Shown: positions 15,313 to 22,032, counted from the first letter of the stretch. The stretch: DNA of 22,443 nucleotides from an uncultured Bacilli bacterium (GCA_910576795.1 CAJTIX010000022.1:1-22443); one strand, 5' to 3'. Numbers and translations: made by a program. Notes: generated from the letters alone by a model not told the origin.

Positions 15313-16188
15313 ATGATTTTAAATGTAAGTGGAAGAACAGATATTGTGGCATTTTATTCTGATTGGTTTATGAAAAGATATCAAGAAGGATTTGTAGATG
15401 TGAGAAATCCTTTTTATCCAAAACAAATCAGTCGTATTTATTTTGAAGATGTGGATGCGATTGTTTTTTGTACCAAAAATCCTATTCCAATTTTAAATCA
15501 ATTGAAAATGATTGAAAAACCCATTCTTTTTCATGTTACCTTAACCCCTTATTTAAAAGAAATCGAACCCAATGTTCCACCAAAAGGAAAAATCATAGAG
15601 GCAATCAAACAGTTATCTTCTATTGTTGGAATTGACCATTTATGTATACGTTATGATCCTGTCTTTTTAAGTGATCAATATGATATTTCCTATCATAAAA
15701 AAGCTTTTGATCATATGTGTTCTTTGTTAAATGGATTTGTAAAAACCATTATTGTATCCTTTATAGATGATTATAAAAATGTTCGTAAAAATCAATTGAT
15801 ATTGAAGACAAGAGAGTTTACCGATGAAGATTATAGAGAAATCGGAATTTCATTTAGTGAAAGTGCAAAACGAAATGGTATGACAGTGCAAACGTGTTAT
15901 GAGGCAAGAAATTTAACAGAATATGGATTTAGAAAAGGGGAGTGCTTATCTAAATCTTGTGCGTATCAGTTAACAGGTAAAACTTATCCAAAATGGGGTG
16001 CTAGAAAATGTGGTTGTATCGAAATGGTCGATATTGGTGTTTACAATTCCTGTAAGCATTTTTGTAAGTATTGTTATGCTAATTATGATGAAAAATTAGT
16101 CATGTCACATTTTGGAAATCATAATCCGAGTAGTAGTTTATTAATTGGTAATTTAGAACAGGATGACGTTATAAAAAGAAGAAAATGA
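15313..16188 (+). CDS. DUF1848-family protein with a C-terminal CX3CX2C cluster
   Basis: A 291-aa ORF. The N-terminus ILNVSGRTDIVAFYSDWFMKRYQEGFVDVRNPF is typical of DUF1848 as I remember it. The cluster CKHFCKYC lies at 16051-16074. Confidence 0.7.
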   Translation: MILNVSGRTDIVAFYSDWFMKRYQEGFVDVRNPFYPKQISRIYFEDVDAIVFCTKNPIPILNQLKMIEKPILFHVTLTPYLKEIEPNVPPKGKIIEAIKQLSSIVGIDHLCIRYDPVFLSDQYDISYHKKAFDHMCSLLNGFVKTIIVSFIDDYKNVRKNQLILKTREFTDEDYREIGISFSESAKRNGMTVQTCYEARNLTEYGFRKGECLSKSCAYQLTGKTYPKWGARKCGCIEMVDIGVYNSCKHFCKYCYANYDEKLVMSHFGNHNPSSSLLIGNLEQDDVIKRRK

Positions 16189-16351
16189 AGAGTAAAGTAT
16201 AGTAGTTCGTTTTAGATGAAATTACATTTTATTTGTAATAGTTTTCTATATAAATTTTATTTTAGAAAGGAAAAAAGTAAGTATCTAATAACTGTAAGTT
16301 AAACCCTCTAAAAATTGCAAAAATTTTTTCCAAAATTATTAAAATTAAGAT

Positions 16352-16387
16352 AAAAAGGTAATGTCCATGCTTTACATTACCTTTTTT
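16352..16387. terminator. Bidirectional intrinsic terminator between convergent genes
   Basis: A 9-bp stem AGGTAATGT/ACATTACCT with a 9-nt loop is flanked by A5 on the left and T6 on the right. Confidence 0.75.
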
Positions 16388-16425
16388 ACACCCTTTACAA
16401 TGTAATTTCTTAAACTGATAACATT

Positions 16426-16444
16426 GAGGAGGACGTACAATAAC
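16426..16444 (+). repeat. 19-nt direct repeat copy 1 (GAGGAGGACGTACAATAAC), 1 nt beyond the stop of the minus-strand gene 16446-17153
   Basis: It is 18/19 identical to 17259-17277. Both copies lie within 1-3 nt of the stop codon of a minus-strand gene. Confidence 0.7.
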
Positions 16445-16445
16445 T

Positions 16446-17153
16446 TTATTTTAGGCCATATTTTTCTGAAAAATATTTTATACTTACTTCTAATATAATA
16501 TTGCCATCATTTCCAATTTTACTTTTATCATTTATATATTTTAATAGTTCGTCAGGGCTTTTTGTTTCAATTAAGTATCTCCCAACAACTTTAAATAATT
16601 CATAACCATTATAGTCTTTTGTTTTTATATTTCCCTTAGAAAATTCTAATTCGTTCATTTTGGGTAATTTTTGATTGTTTTTTAATTTCAGTATAATTTC
16701 TAAAAACTCACCGTTTTCTATTAATTTTTCAGTTGTTCCATCAAAGTTTCCAGCTAACGATTCATCAAGCCATACTATTCTATCCATATTATTTTTTTTG
16801 TATACAAATTTTTGAAATAGTAAGTGAAACGTTTCATGAGCAAGAGTACAAAAACGATCATATATATTTTGGGAATTAAGCAATATCTGAGTTTCTCCAC
16901 CATAAAAACATCCTTTAGCCCAACTGGGTGGATTAGCTTCTGGAGCTAAATTTTTAATTCTATTAAAAAAATCTTCACTTGATAGAAAAAAGGAAGCTCT
17001 TATTTTTGTTCCATAACTTTTTAGATTAAAAAAATGCAAAAAATATTCTATTTTATCAGTGGAATATTTTATAACTTCATTACCATATTTTTTTAATGAA
17101 TCGGGAATAGATATTTCAAAGTAATCATTTTCTATTATTATATATTTTTCCAT
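16446..17153 (-). CDS. Peptidase-MA-like (gluzincin HExxH...E) hypothetical protein
   Basis: A 235-aa ORF. LAHETFHLLFQKFVYKKNNMDRIVWLDESLAGNF fits the HExxH + W..E.LA pattern of the Peptidase_MA_2-like family. No signal peptide is present. Confidence 0.55.
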   Translation of the reverse strand: MEKYIIIENDYFEISIPDSLKKYGNEVIKYSTDKIEYFLHFFNLKSYGTKIRASFFLSSEDFFNRIKNLAPEANPPSWAKGCFYGGETQILLNSQNIYDRFCTLAHETFHLLFQKFVYKKNNMDRIVWLDESLAGNFDGTTEKLIENGEFLEIILKLKNNQKLPKMNELEFSKGNIKTKDYNGYELFKVVGRYLIETKSPDELLKYINDKSKIGNDGNIILEVSIKYFSEKYGLK

Positions 17154-17214
17154 TTAATATCACCTTATTAATTTGTTTTCATAAGCATTCTATCATAAAT
17201 TCAAGTATATTAGA

Positions 17215-17255
17215 ACTCGAAACATAAAAGTCCGAGTAACAATCAATCTGGTGCC
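17215..17255 (+). repeat. Imperfect copy of the tRNA-Thr 3' end plus its downstream hairpin (att-like direct repeat)
   Basis: ATCAATCTGGTGCC (17242-17255) is identical to 18253-18266, which comprises the last 7 nt of tRNA-Thr plus 7 nt of flank. The adjacent hairpin ACTCGAAA..AAGTCCGAGT mirrors ACTCGAAAAAGTTCGAGT at 18230-18247. Confidence 0.7.
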
Positions 17256-17258
17256 CTA

Positions 17259-17277
17259 GAGGAGGACGTACAACAAC
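17259..17277 (+). repeat. 19-nt direct repeat copy 2 (GAGGAGGACGTACAACAAC), 3 nt beyond the GNAT stop
   Basis: It is 18/19 identical to 16426-16444. Confidence 0.7.
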
Positions 17278-17280
17278 ATT

Positions 17281-17772
17281 TTATAGTTCAAATAAATATA
17301 TATTCTCTAAATATTTTTCTCTAAATAAATGATTGCCTATAAATTTTCCTCCAAGATGCTTATAAAATTCATTAGAAGGATTACCATCTAAACAACCAAT
17401 TATTAATTTTTCAATTTTATTTTTTGATATATTTTCAACTGCATAATTATATAATAATTTACCATATCCATTTCCTTGAAACTCCTTTAATACATATAAA
17501 GAATGAATTTCTGCAGCATTTTCATATTTATCACTGTCTAATGTATAATAGATCCATCCAATTATTTTATTTTGTAATATTAGAACGTAATAATTGGGTT
17601 GTTCATTTATACTATTTTTTAGTCTTTCAGCAGACTGTTTTTCACCATTTAATAGATTTATTAAAAATTCGTCATCAACAATTCCTTTGTATGTTGTATT
17701 CCACACCATTGCAATTGCATGCGCTAATTCTTCAGAATCTTCAAAACGTCTTTTTCTAATTTCTGGCTTCAT
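17281..17772 (-). CDS. GNAT-family N-acetyltransferase
   Basis: A 163-aa ORF. The acetyl-CoA motif A LYVLKEFQGNGYGKLLYNYAVE (Q/R-x-x-G-x-G/A) is present. Confidence 0.85.
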   Translation of the reverse strand: MKPEIRKRRFEDSEELAHAIAMVWNTTYKGIVDDEFLINLLNGEKQSAERLKNSINEQPNYYVLILQNKIIGWIYYTLDSDKYENAAEIHSLYVLKEFQGNGYGKLLYNYAVENISKNKIEKLIIGCLDGNPSNEFYKHLGGKFIGNHLFREKYLENIYLFEL

Positions 17773-17892
17773 CTATATACTCTCCTTCAATTATATAATT
17801 ATAATTTAATATCATACTCCAATAATTTTGTTATATTGCCCTGTCAATATACAAGTGTGTTTACTAAACTGTCAGAATTTAGCATAAACTTA

Positions 17893-17921
17893 TTGTATTA
17901 AAAACAAATGTTTGCTATAAT
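17893..17921 (+). promoter_or_regulatory. Sigma-A-type promoter TTGTAT-17-TATAAT for the small hydrophobic ORF transcript
   Basis: The -35 is at 17893-17898 and the -10 at 17916-17921, with 17-nt spacing. The predicted +1 is about 17928, exactly where the long-range helix begins. Confidence 0.55.
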
Positions 17922-17984
17922 TTACTTAGGAACATTTAATAGTTGGGTGATTGCCAAACTTCAAGAGTGAAGGGAGGCGATATA

Positions 17985-18068
17985 ATGAATAAGAAAGATT
18001 TTTTAATCTTATCTTTAGTAATTCTTATCTTCCTATTAGTATTATTACTATTTATAGTATTAATATAA
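17985..18068 (+). CDS. 27-aa hydrophobic peptide MNKKDFLILSLVILIFLLVLLLFIVLI; type I toxin-like
   Basis: It has a strong RBS AGGGAGG (17971-17977) 7 nt before the ATG, a charged N-terminus and a single TM helix. The ORF is enclosed by 5'/3' mRNA pairing. It falls below the ORF-track length cutoff. Confidence 0.45.
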   Translation: MNKKDFLILSLVILIFLLVLLLFIVLI

Positions 18069-18115
18069 AAAGAAAATCACCTAACTCAGTATTGAATTAG
18101 GTGAAACCAAATATA

Positions 18116-18160
18116 TTGGCAACACTCAACACTGCAATATTGAATGTTCCTTTTTTATTT
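18116..18160 (+). terminator. 3' arm of the long-range helix plus T-run (intrinsic terminator of the small-ORF transcript)
   Basis: 18116-18151 pairs with 17928-17957. The helices are 14, 8 and 7 bp, separated by a 7-nt bulge and a 1-nt bulge. TTTTTTATTTT follows directly. Confidence 0.55.
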
Positions 18161-18259
18161 TATGCAAGTTTCCTTGACATATTCATGATATCATAAAAAC
18201 AGCTTTTTGACAAGCCGTTTTCTGTTGCTACTCGAAAAAGTTCGAGTTTCCTATCAATC

Positions 18260-18333
18260 TGGTGCCGCCTGTAAGAATCGAACTTACGACTGAGCCTTAC
18301 CATGGCTCTGTTATACCACTTAACTAAGGCGGC
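18260..18333 (-). tRNA. tRNA-Thr (anticodon GGT), CCA encoded
   Basis: The reverse complement folds into a cloverleaf: acceptor GCCGCCT/AGGCGGC, D-arm GTTA-AGTGGTA-TAAC, anticodon stem GAGCC/GGCTC with loop ATGGTAA (anticodon GGT), T-arm GTAAG-TTCGATT-CTTAC, then A and CCA. Confidence 0.9.
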
Positions 18334-18350
18334 AAATTTAAAACAAATCC

Positions 18351-18379
18351 ATTATATCATATAATTTTATGCTTGCCAA
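18351..18379 (-). promoter_or_regulatory. Promoter TTGGCA-17-TATAAT for tRNA-Thr
   Basis: On the minus strand the -10 TATAAT is at 18351-18356 and the -35 TTGGCA at 18374-18379, with 17-nt spacing. It lies about 17 nt upstream of the tRNA 5' end. Confidence 0.55.
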
Positions 18380-18454
18380 TCAAAAATGTTTCTTTTTTTG
18401 ACAAAATATGTTATACTAAATAGGAATTTTAAAGTCTGAAATGGAGTTCATATT

Positions 18455-19132
18455 ATGTATGATTTAAAAACATGGTTTTTATTGTTTATGATTTATTCCT
18501 TTATTGGGTGGTTTATTGAAGTAATTGATATTTTTTTAATTACAAAAAAATGGATAAATCGTGGTTTCTTACTTGGACCTTACTGCCCAATCTACGGATA
18601 TGGTTCTTTATTTATCATTTACTTTTTACATTCTTATACAGATAATCCACTTGTTTTATTTATTATGACAGTGGTCATTTGTTCTATATTAGAATATGGA
18701 ACAAGTTATGTTATGGAAAAAATATTCAAAGCAAGATGGTGGGACTATAGCAATAGCAAATTTAATATTAATGGTCGCATTTGCTTAGTCAATATGATTC
18801 TTTTTGGAATTGGTGGTTGTTTGATTTTATATATAGCGAATCCTTTTATTACCCATATTTTATCCTTGATACCAGGTCAATTACTTACCATAATGGCAAT
18901 CGTTTTATTTGTAATCTTCTTAACTGATAACTTGGTTTCCTTTAAAGTGATTTTGAATTTTAAAAAGGTGGCAACCAACATTCGAAAAGATAGTACAGAA
19001 GAAATATCCAAAAAAGTAAAAGCCGTTTTATCTAGTAGTTCCTTTTTAGGAAAACGTTTGATGAATGCTTTCCCAGATGTAAAAGCAATATTAAAAAACT
19101 ATAATGAAAAGAGAAAAAAGAAACGGAAGTAA
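18455..19132 (+). CDS. Polytopic membrane protein, PF06541-like (so-called putative ABC-transporter type IV / CmpB family)
   Basis: A 225-aa ORF. FMIYSFIGWFIEVI...NRGFLLGPYCPIYGYG is the conserved N-terminal signature of that family as I remember it. It has a basic C-terminal tail. Confidence 0.6.
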   Translation: MYDLKTWFLLFMIYSFIGWFIEVIDIFLITKKWINRGFLLGPYCPIYGYGSLFIIYFLHSYTDNPLVLFIMTVVICSILEYGTSYVMEKIFKARWWDYSNSKFNINGRICLVNMILFGIGGCLILYIANPFITHILSLIPGQLLTIMAIVLFVIFLTDNLVSFKVILNFKKVATNIRKDSTEEISKKVKAVLSSSSFLGKRLMNAFPDVKAILKNYNEKRKKKRK

Positions 19133-19181
19133 GTTTCTTTTTTCTGTGATGTATGCTAAAATAAGTACTGGAAGTGGAAAT

Positions 19182-19790
19182 ATGAAAATCAATTATCAAT
19201 TAAAATTAGACGAAATTTTATCCCATTTACCAAAAGAAAAAAAAGCAACTTTATTGTTACACAGTTGTTGTGGTCCTTGTAGTAGCTATGTTTTAGAATA
19301 TTTAGAAAATTACTTTGAAATTACAGTCTTTTATTATAATCCAAATATTACAAATCACATAGAATATCAACATAGGGTAGAAGAACAAAAAAGACTAATC
19401 GAATTGGCACATCCAAATGTACATTTTTTAGAAGGAACTTATCAACCAGATCTATTTATAGATATGAGTAAAGGGTTCGAAGAAGAACCAGAAGGCGGAG
19501 TACGTTGTACCAAATGCTATTATTTAAGGATGCATGAAACAATCAAAAAAGCAAAAGAATTAGGTTTCGATTACTTTACAACCACTTTATCAATCAGTCC
19601 TTATAAAGATAGTGAGAAACTAAATCAAATTGGTGAAATGTTAGAACAACAATATGGTGTTTGTTATTTATATGCGGATTTTAAAAAAAGAAATGGATAT
19701 AAACGTTCTATTGAATTATCCAAACAATATCATTTATATAGACAGGATTATTGTGGTTGTGAATTTTCCAAAAAGAGGTGTGAAATATGA
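19182..19790 (+). CDS. queH: Epoxyqueuosine reductase QueH (DUF208)
   Basis: I prefer ATG 19182 to the track start at 19104, which overlaps the previous gene. The motifs LLLHSCCGPCSSY, FYYNPNI, CxxCY and YRQDYCGCEFS are diagnostic of QueH. Confidence 0.85.
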   Translation: MKINYQLKLDEILSHLPKEKKATLLLHSCCGPCSSYVLEYLENYFEITVFYYNPNITNHIEYQHRVEEQKRLIELAHPNVHFLEGTYQPDLFIDMSKGFEEEPEGGVRCTKCYYLRMHETIKKAKELGFDYFTTTLSISPYKDSEKLNQIGEMLEQQYGVCYLYADFKKRNGYKRSIELSKQYHLYRQDYCGCEFSKKRCEI

Positions 19791-20575
19791 GATGGATTTT
19801 TGTTATAGTAAGTTTATTCTTGTTAACAGGTTGTAATGAGAAAAAAGTAATCCAAAATGAAAACAATCAAAAAGTGGATTTTGAAAATGAGGAAAAGATA
19901 GAAAGTTCTAATGAACAAATTTCTAGTGAGTTACAAGACCCAAATTCTAGTACAGAAGTTTCTAATTTAGAAACAGGAAATGTTCCAACAATGGAAGAAT
20001 ATAGCAACAAAGATTTTTCTAATATGAATGCGCAACCAGAAAGTATACCTGTTGCTGTAAAGGAGGAACAAACGGTGCAACAAATTGACTCTTTGGAACA
20101 AGAAGTTACTATGCTTCTTTCATCAGAAAAAGTAGAATCTGTCAAAGAAGTCATTGCAACAAAGTTTATTACATTGGTCGATTTCATTTACTATGAAGAA
20201 CCAATTGGTGATGTGTATTTTAAAGATTTAACGCAAGCTGCACAAGAAAAGATCCGTGCAATTTTAACACGTATGGATACTGCTATTGAAAGCAAAATAC
20301 CGAATTATAAGGATACATTACAAGCAAAATATCAAAGTGCTCTTCATTATGTAAAAACTGGGGTAGGAAATATTACAAATAAGGTATCAGAAAAATTAGA
20401 ATCTACAATGGGCAGTGACAATTATCAAAATTTTGTGGATGCCAAAGATGACATGGTAGAATCATTTCAAAATACGGGTAAGATCATCAAGGAAGGTGCT
20501 TCCCATATATATCAATCTGGAAAAGAAAAGGTAAGTAATTGGTATCAAGGTTTAAAAGAAAAATATGAAAAATAA
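19787..20575 (+). CDS. Lipoprotein of unknown function
   Basis: The ATGA overlap with the queH stop indicates coupling. The signal peptide ends in the lipobox LLTGC (MRWIFVIVSLFLLTGC), followed by an acidic, low-complexity mature N-terminus. Confidence 0.7.
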   Translation: MRWIFVIVSLFLLTGCNEKKVIQNENNQKVDFENEEKIESSNEQISSELQDPNSSTEVSNLETGNVPTMEEYSNKDFSNMNAQPESIPVAVKEEQTVQQIDSLEQEVTMLLSSEKVESVKEVIATKFITLVDFIYYEEPIGDVYFKDLTQAAQEKIRAILTRMDTAIESKIPNYKDTLQAKYQSALHYVKTGVGNITNKVSEKLESTMGSDNYQNFVDAKDDMVESFQNTGKIIKEGASHIYQSGKEKVSNWYQGLKEKYEK

Positions 20576-20576
20576 A

Positions 20577-20601
20577 AGAGGATTCGGTTGAATTCTCTTT
20601 T
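20577..20601. terminator. Bidirectional terminator between the lipoprotein gene and lexA
   Basis: A 9-bp stem AGAGGATTC/GAATTCTCT (one G-T pair) with a GGTT loop is flanked by an A-run and a T-run. It overlaps the lexA stop. Confidence 0.55.
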
Positions 20602-21217
20602 ATAATTTACGATAAAGTCCAATCGCAATTCCTAATATAGTAACATTGTCTAAAATAATCGGTTCCATGGTATCATTTTCAGGTTGTAATCTAAAATATC
20701 CATCTTCCTTATAAAATGTTTTTAAAGTTACTTCATTTTCATCTGTCATGGCTACAACAATTTGTCCATTACGTGCTGTATTTTTTCGTTCTACAATTAC
20801 AATATCGCCATCTAAAATTCCTGCGTTAATCATACTAGTACCACTCACATTTAGAGTAAAGACATCTTTATTTTTAGGAACCAAATAAGATGGTATTGCA
20901 AAGGTCTCATCTGGATGTTCAATGGCTTCAATTGGAGAACCCGCTGTAATTTTCCCTAATAAAGGTACTTCTATAATTAATTCATTTTTTGGCTCAAATT
21001 CATTTTCTACTAATAATTCCAAAGCACGATTTTTGGTTTCTTGTTTACGAATGAATCCTTTTTTCTCCAAATTGGCTAAATGGGCGTGAATGGTTGCAGG
21101 GGATGAAACATCTACAGCAGCACCAATTTCACGAATGGTAGGGGGATAACCATGAGTTGCGATATATTTTTTGATATAGTTCAGTATCTCATTTTGACGA
21201 TTGGTTAATGTAGTCAT
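20600..21217 (-). CDS. lexA: LexA SOS repressor
   Basis: A 205-aa ORF. It has the N-terminal winged HTH (LTNRQNEILNYIKKYIATHGYPPTIREIGAAV...HLANLEKKGFI). It also has the S24 peptidase Ser motif VSGTSMINAGILDGD and the Lys region VTLKTFYKE. Confidence 0.95.
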   Translation of the reverse strand: MTTLTNRQNEILNYIKKYIATHGYPPTIREIGAAVDVSSPATIHAHLANLEKKGFIRKQETKNRALELLVENEFEPKNELIIEVPLLGKITAGSPIEAIEHPDETFAIPSYLVPKNKDVFTLNVSGTSMINAGILDGDIVIVERKNTARNGQIVVAMTDENEVTLKTFYKEDGYFRLQPENDTMEPIILDNVTILGIAIGLYRKL

Positions 21218-21247
21218 ATAATGACCTCCTTTTTTATTTTCAAATTC

Positions 21248-21276
21248 ATTTTAACATATTGTTGACGACAAGTCAA
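21248..21276 (-). promoter_or_regulatory. lexA promoter TTGACT-17-TAAAAT
   Basis: On the minus strand the -35 is at 21271-21276 and the -10 at 21248-21253. The -35 overlaps SOS box 1. Confidence 0.6.
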
Positions 21277-21287
21277 ACATTTGTTCG
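21274..21287. promoter_or_regulatory. LexA (Cheo-type) box 1: CAAACATTTGTTCG
   Basis: It matches the Firmicute consensus CGAAC-N4-GTTCG with one deviation and overlaps the lexA -35. Confidence 0.7.
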
Positions 21288-21296
21288 AATTTTCTA

Positions 21297-21325
21297 TTGA
21301 CACGAATATATGTTCGTGTTAAACT
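21297..21325 (+). promoter_or_regulatory. Divergent promoter TTGACA-17-TAAACT with SOS box 2 in the spacer
   Basis: The -35 is at 21297-21302 and the -10 at 21320-21325. Confidence 0.55.
21303..21316. promoter_or_regulatory. LexA (Cheo-type) box 2: CGAATATATGTTCG
   Basis: It is a near-perfect CGAAC-N4-GTTCG palindrome lying between the -35 and -10 of the plus-strand promoter. Confidence 0.75.
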
Positions 21326-21349
21326 GATATTAACAAAGGGAGTGATGAT

Positions 21350-21484
21350 ATGAAAGAAATGTTACATAGTAAGGTATTGGTTGGTTTTATTCTATTTGTG
21401 TTGGGGTTCACTTATTTGAATTCTATACAAATAAATCATTTAAAAGAAGAAAAAAATATGGATGAGATTTTGTATCTTCCATAA
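21350..21484 (+). CDS. 44-aa single-pass membrane protein, putatively SOS-induced (MKEMLHSKVLVGFILFVLGFTYLNSIQINHLKEEKNMDEILYLP)
   Basis: RBS AGGGAG lies 7 nt before the ATG. The ORF is divergent from lexA and behind an SOS-box promoter. It falls below the ORF-track cutoff. Confidence 0.5.
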   Translation: MKEMLHSKVLVGFILFVLGFTYLNSIQINHLKEEKNMDEILYLP

Positions 21485-21495
21485 TATTGAAATAA

Positions 21496-21867
21496 GTGGT
21501 GATTATAGTGGAGCAAATACAATTAATGGAACAATTAAAAAAAGAGGATCGTTTAAGTACCATTCAGGAATATTTAAAACAGGTGATTGCAATTAGAGGA
21601 TTTGATCATCAATCTGTTGAAAAGGAAATGTTATTGTTAACAGAAGAAATCGGCGAGCTTGCGAAAGCCATTCGGAAAGACAAGGTCAATATGGGTATAG
21701 ATCAAAATAAATTGCAAAATTATGACTCTGTTGAAAGTGAGATTGCCGATGTTTTTATCGTACTCGTATCAATATGCAATAAACTTGGAATATCTTTATA
21801 TGAATGCTTGATTGAAAAAGAAATGAAAAATATTGAACGAACATGGAAGCCAGTACTTCAAAAATAA
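21496..21867 (+). CDS. MazG-like nucleotide pyrophosphohydrolase domain protein; start uncertain (GTG 21496, GTG 21508 or ATG 21526)
   Basis: LLLTEEIGELAKAIRK ... ESEIADVFIVLVSICNKLGISLYECLIEKEMKNIER fits the MazG EExGE...E..D pattern. Confidence 0.7.
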   Translation: MVIIVEQIQLMEQLKKEDRLSTIQEYLKQVIAIRGFDHQSVEKEMLLLTEEIGELAKAIRKDKVNMGIDQNKLQNYDSVESEIADVFIVLVSICNKLGISLYECLIEKEMKNIERTWKPVLQK

Positions 21868-21982
21868 TGCAGAGATGCAATTTTTTTATTTATGCATAAA
21901 CTGTATTTAAAAATGATAGGAATATATATTAGAAAATTAAAAATTTGTCTTTTTCAATTTTCCAATATATTATTTTTATACT

Positions 21983-22011
21983 TTGACAATTGGTCCAACA
22001 TTCTTTATATT
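21983..22011 (+). promoter_or_regulatory. Promoter TTGACA-17-TATATT
   Basis: The -35 is at 21983-21988 and the -10 at 22006-22011, about 20 nt upstream of the ATG at 22033. Confidence 0.55.
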
Positions 22012-22032
22012 GTTAGTATAAAGGAGTGAGCT

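Noticed and set aside
18174-18212. Two TTGACA hexamers (18174-18179 and 18207-18212) as plus-strand promoters reading into the tRNA-Thr antisense strand.
   Set aside because: Neither has an acceptable -10 hexamer at 16-19 nt spacing.
7941-18259. Calling the accessory region a prophage, ICE or integrative island.
   Set aside because: There are no integrase, recombinase, capsid, terminase or conjugation genes. Only short att-like repeats occur at the tRNA-Thr side. I describe it as an accessory region only.
366-20187. Many ORF-track entries lie inside, antisense to, or out of frame with the called genes. They are 366-554(-), 1010-1207(+), 1429-1665(-), 1908-2105(-), 2440-2640(-), 2576-2899(-), 3803-4075(-), 3841-4107(-) and 4118-4336(-). 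They also include 4915-5172(-), 5201-5416(-), 7525-7725(-), 11412-11600(-), 11992-12189(-), 12868-13056(-), 12935-13117(+), 13216-13404(-) and 14020-14223(-). The last four are 17424-17759(+), 17594-17809(+), 19654-19836(+) and 19867-20187(-).
   Set aside because: They are shadow ORFs typical of AT-rich DNA. They have no RBS, their composition is low-complexity and rich in F/I/L/S/N, and each overlaps a gene with clear family motifs.
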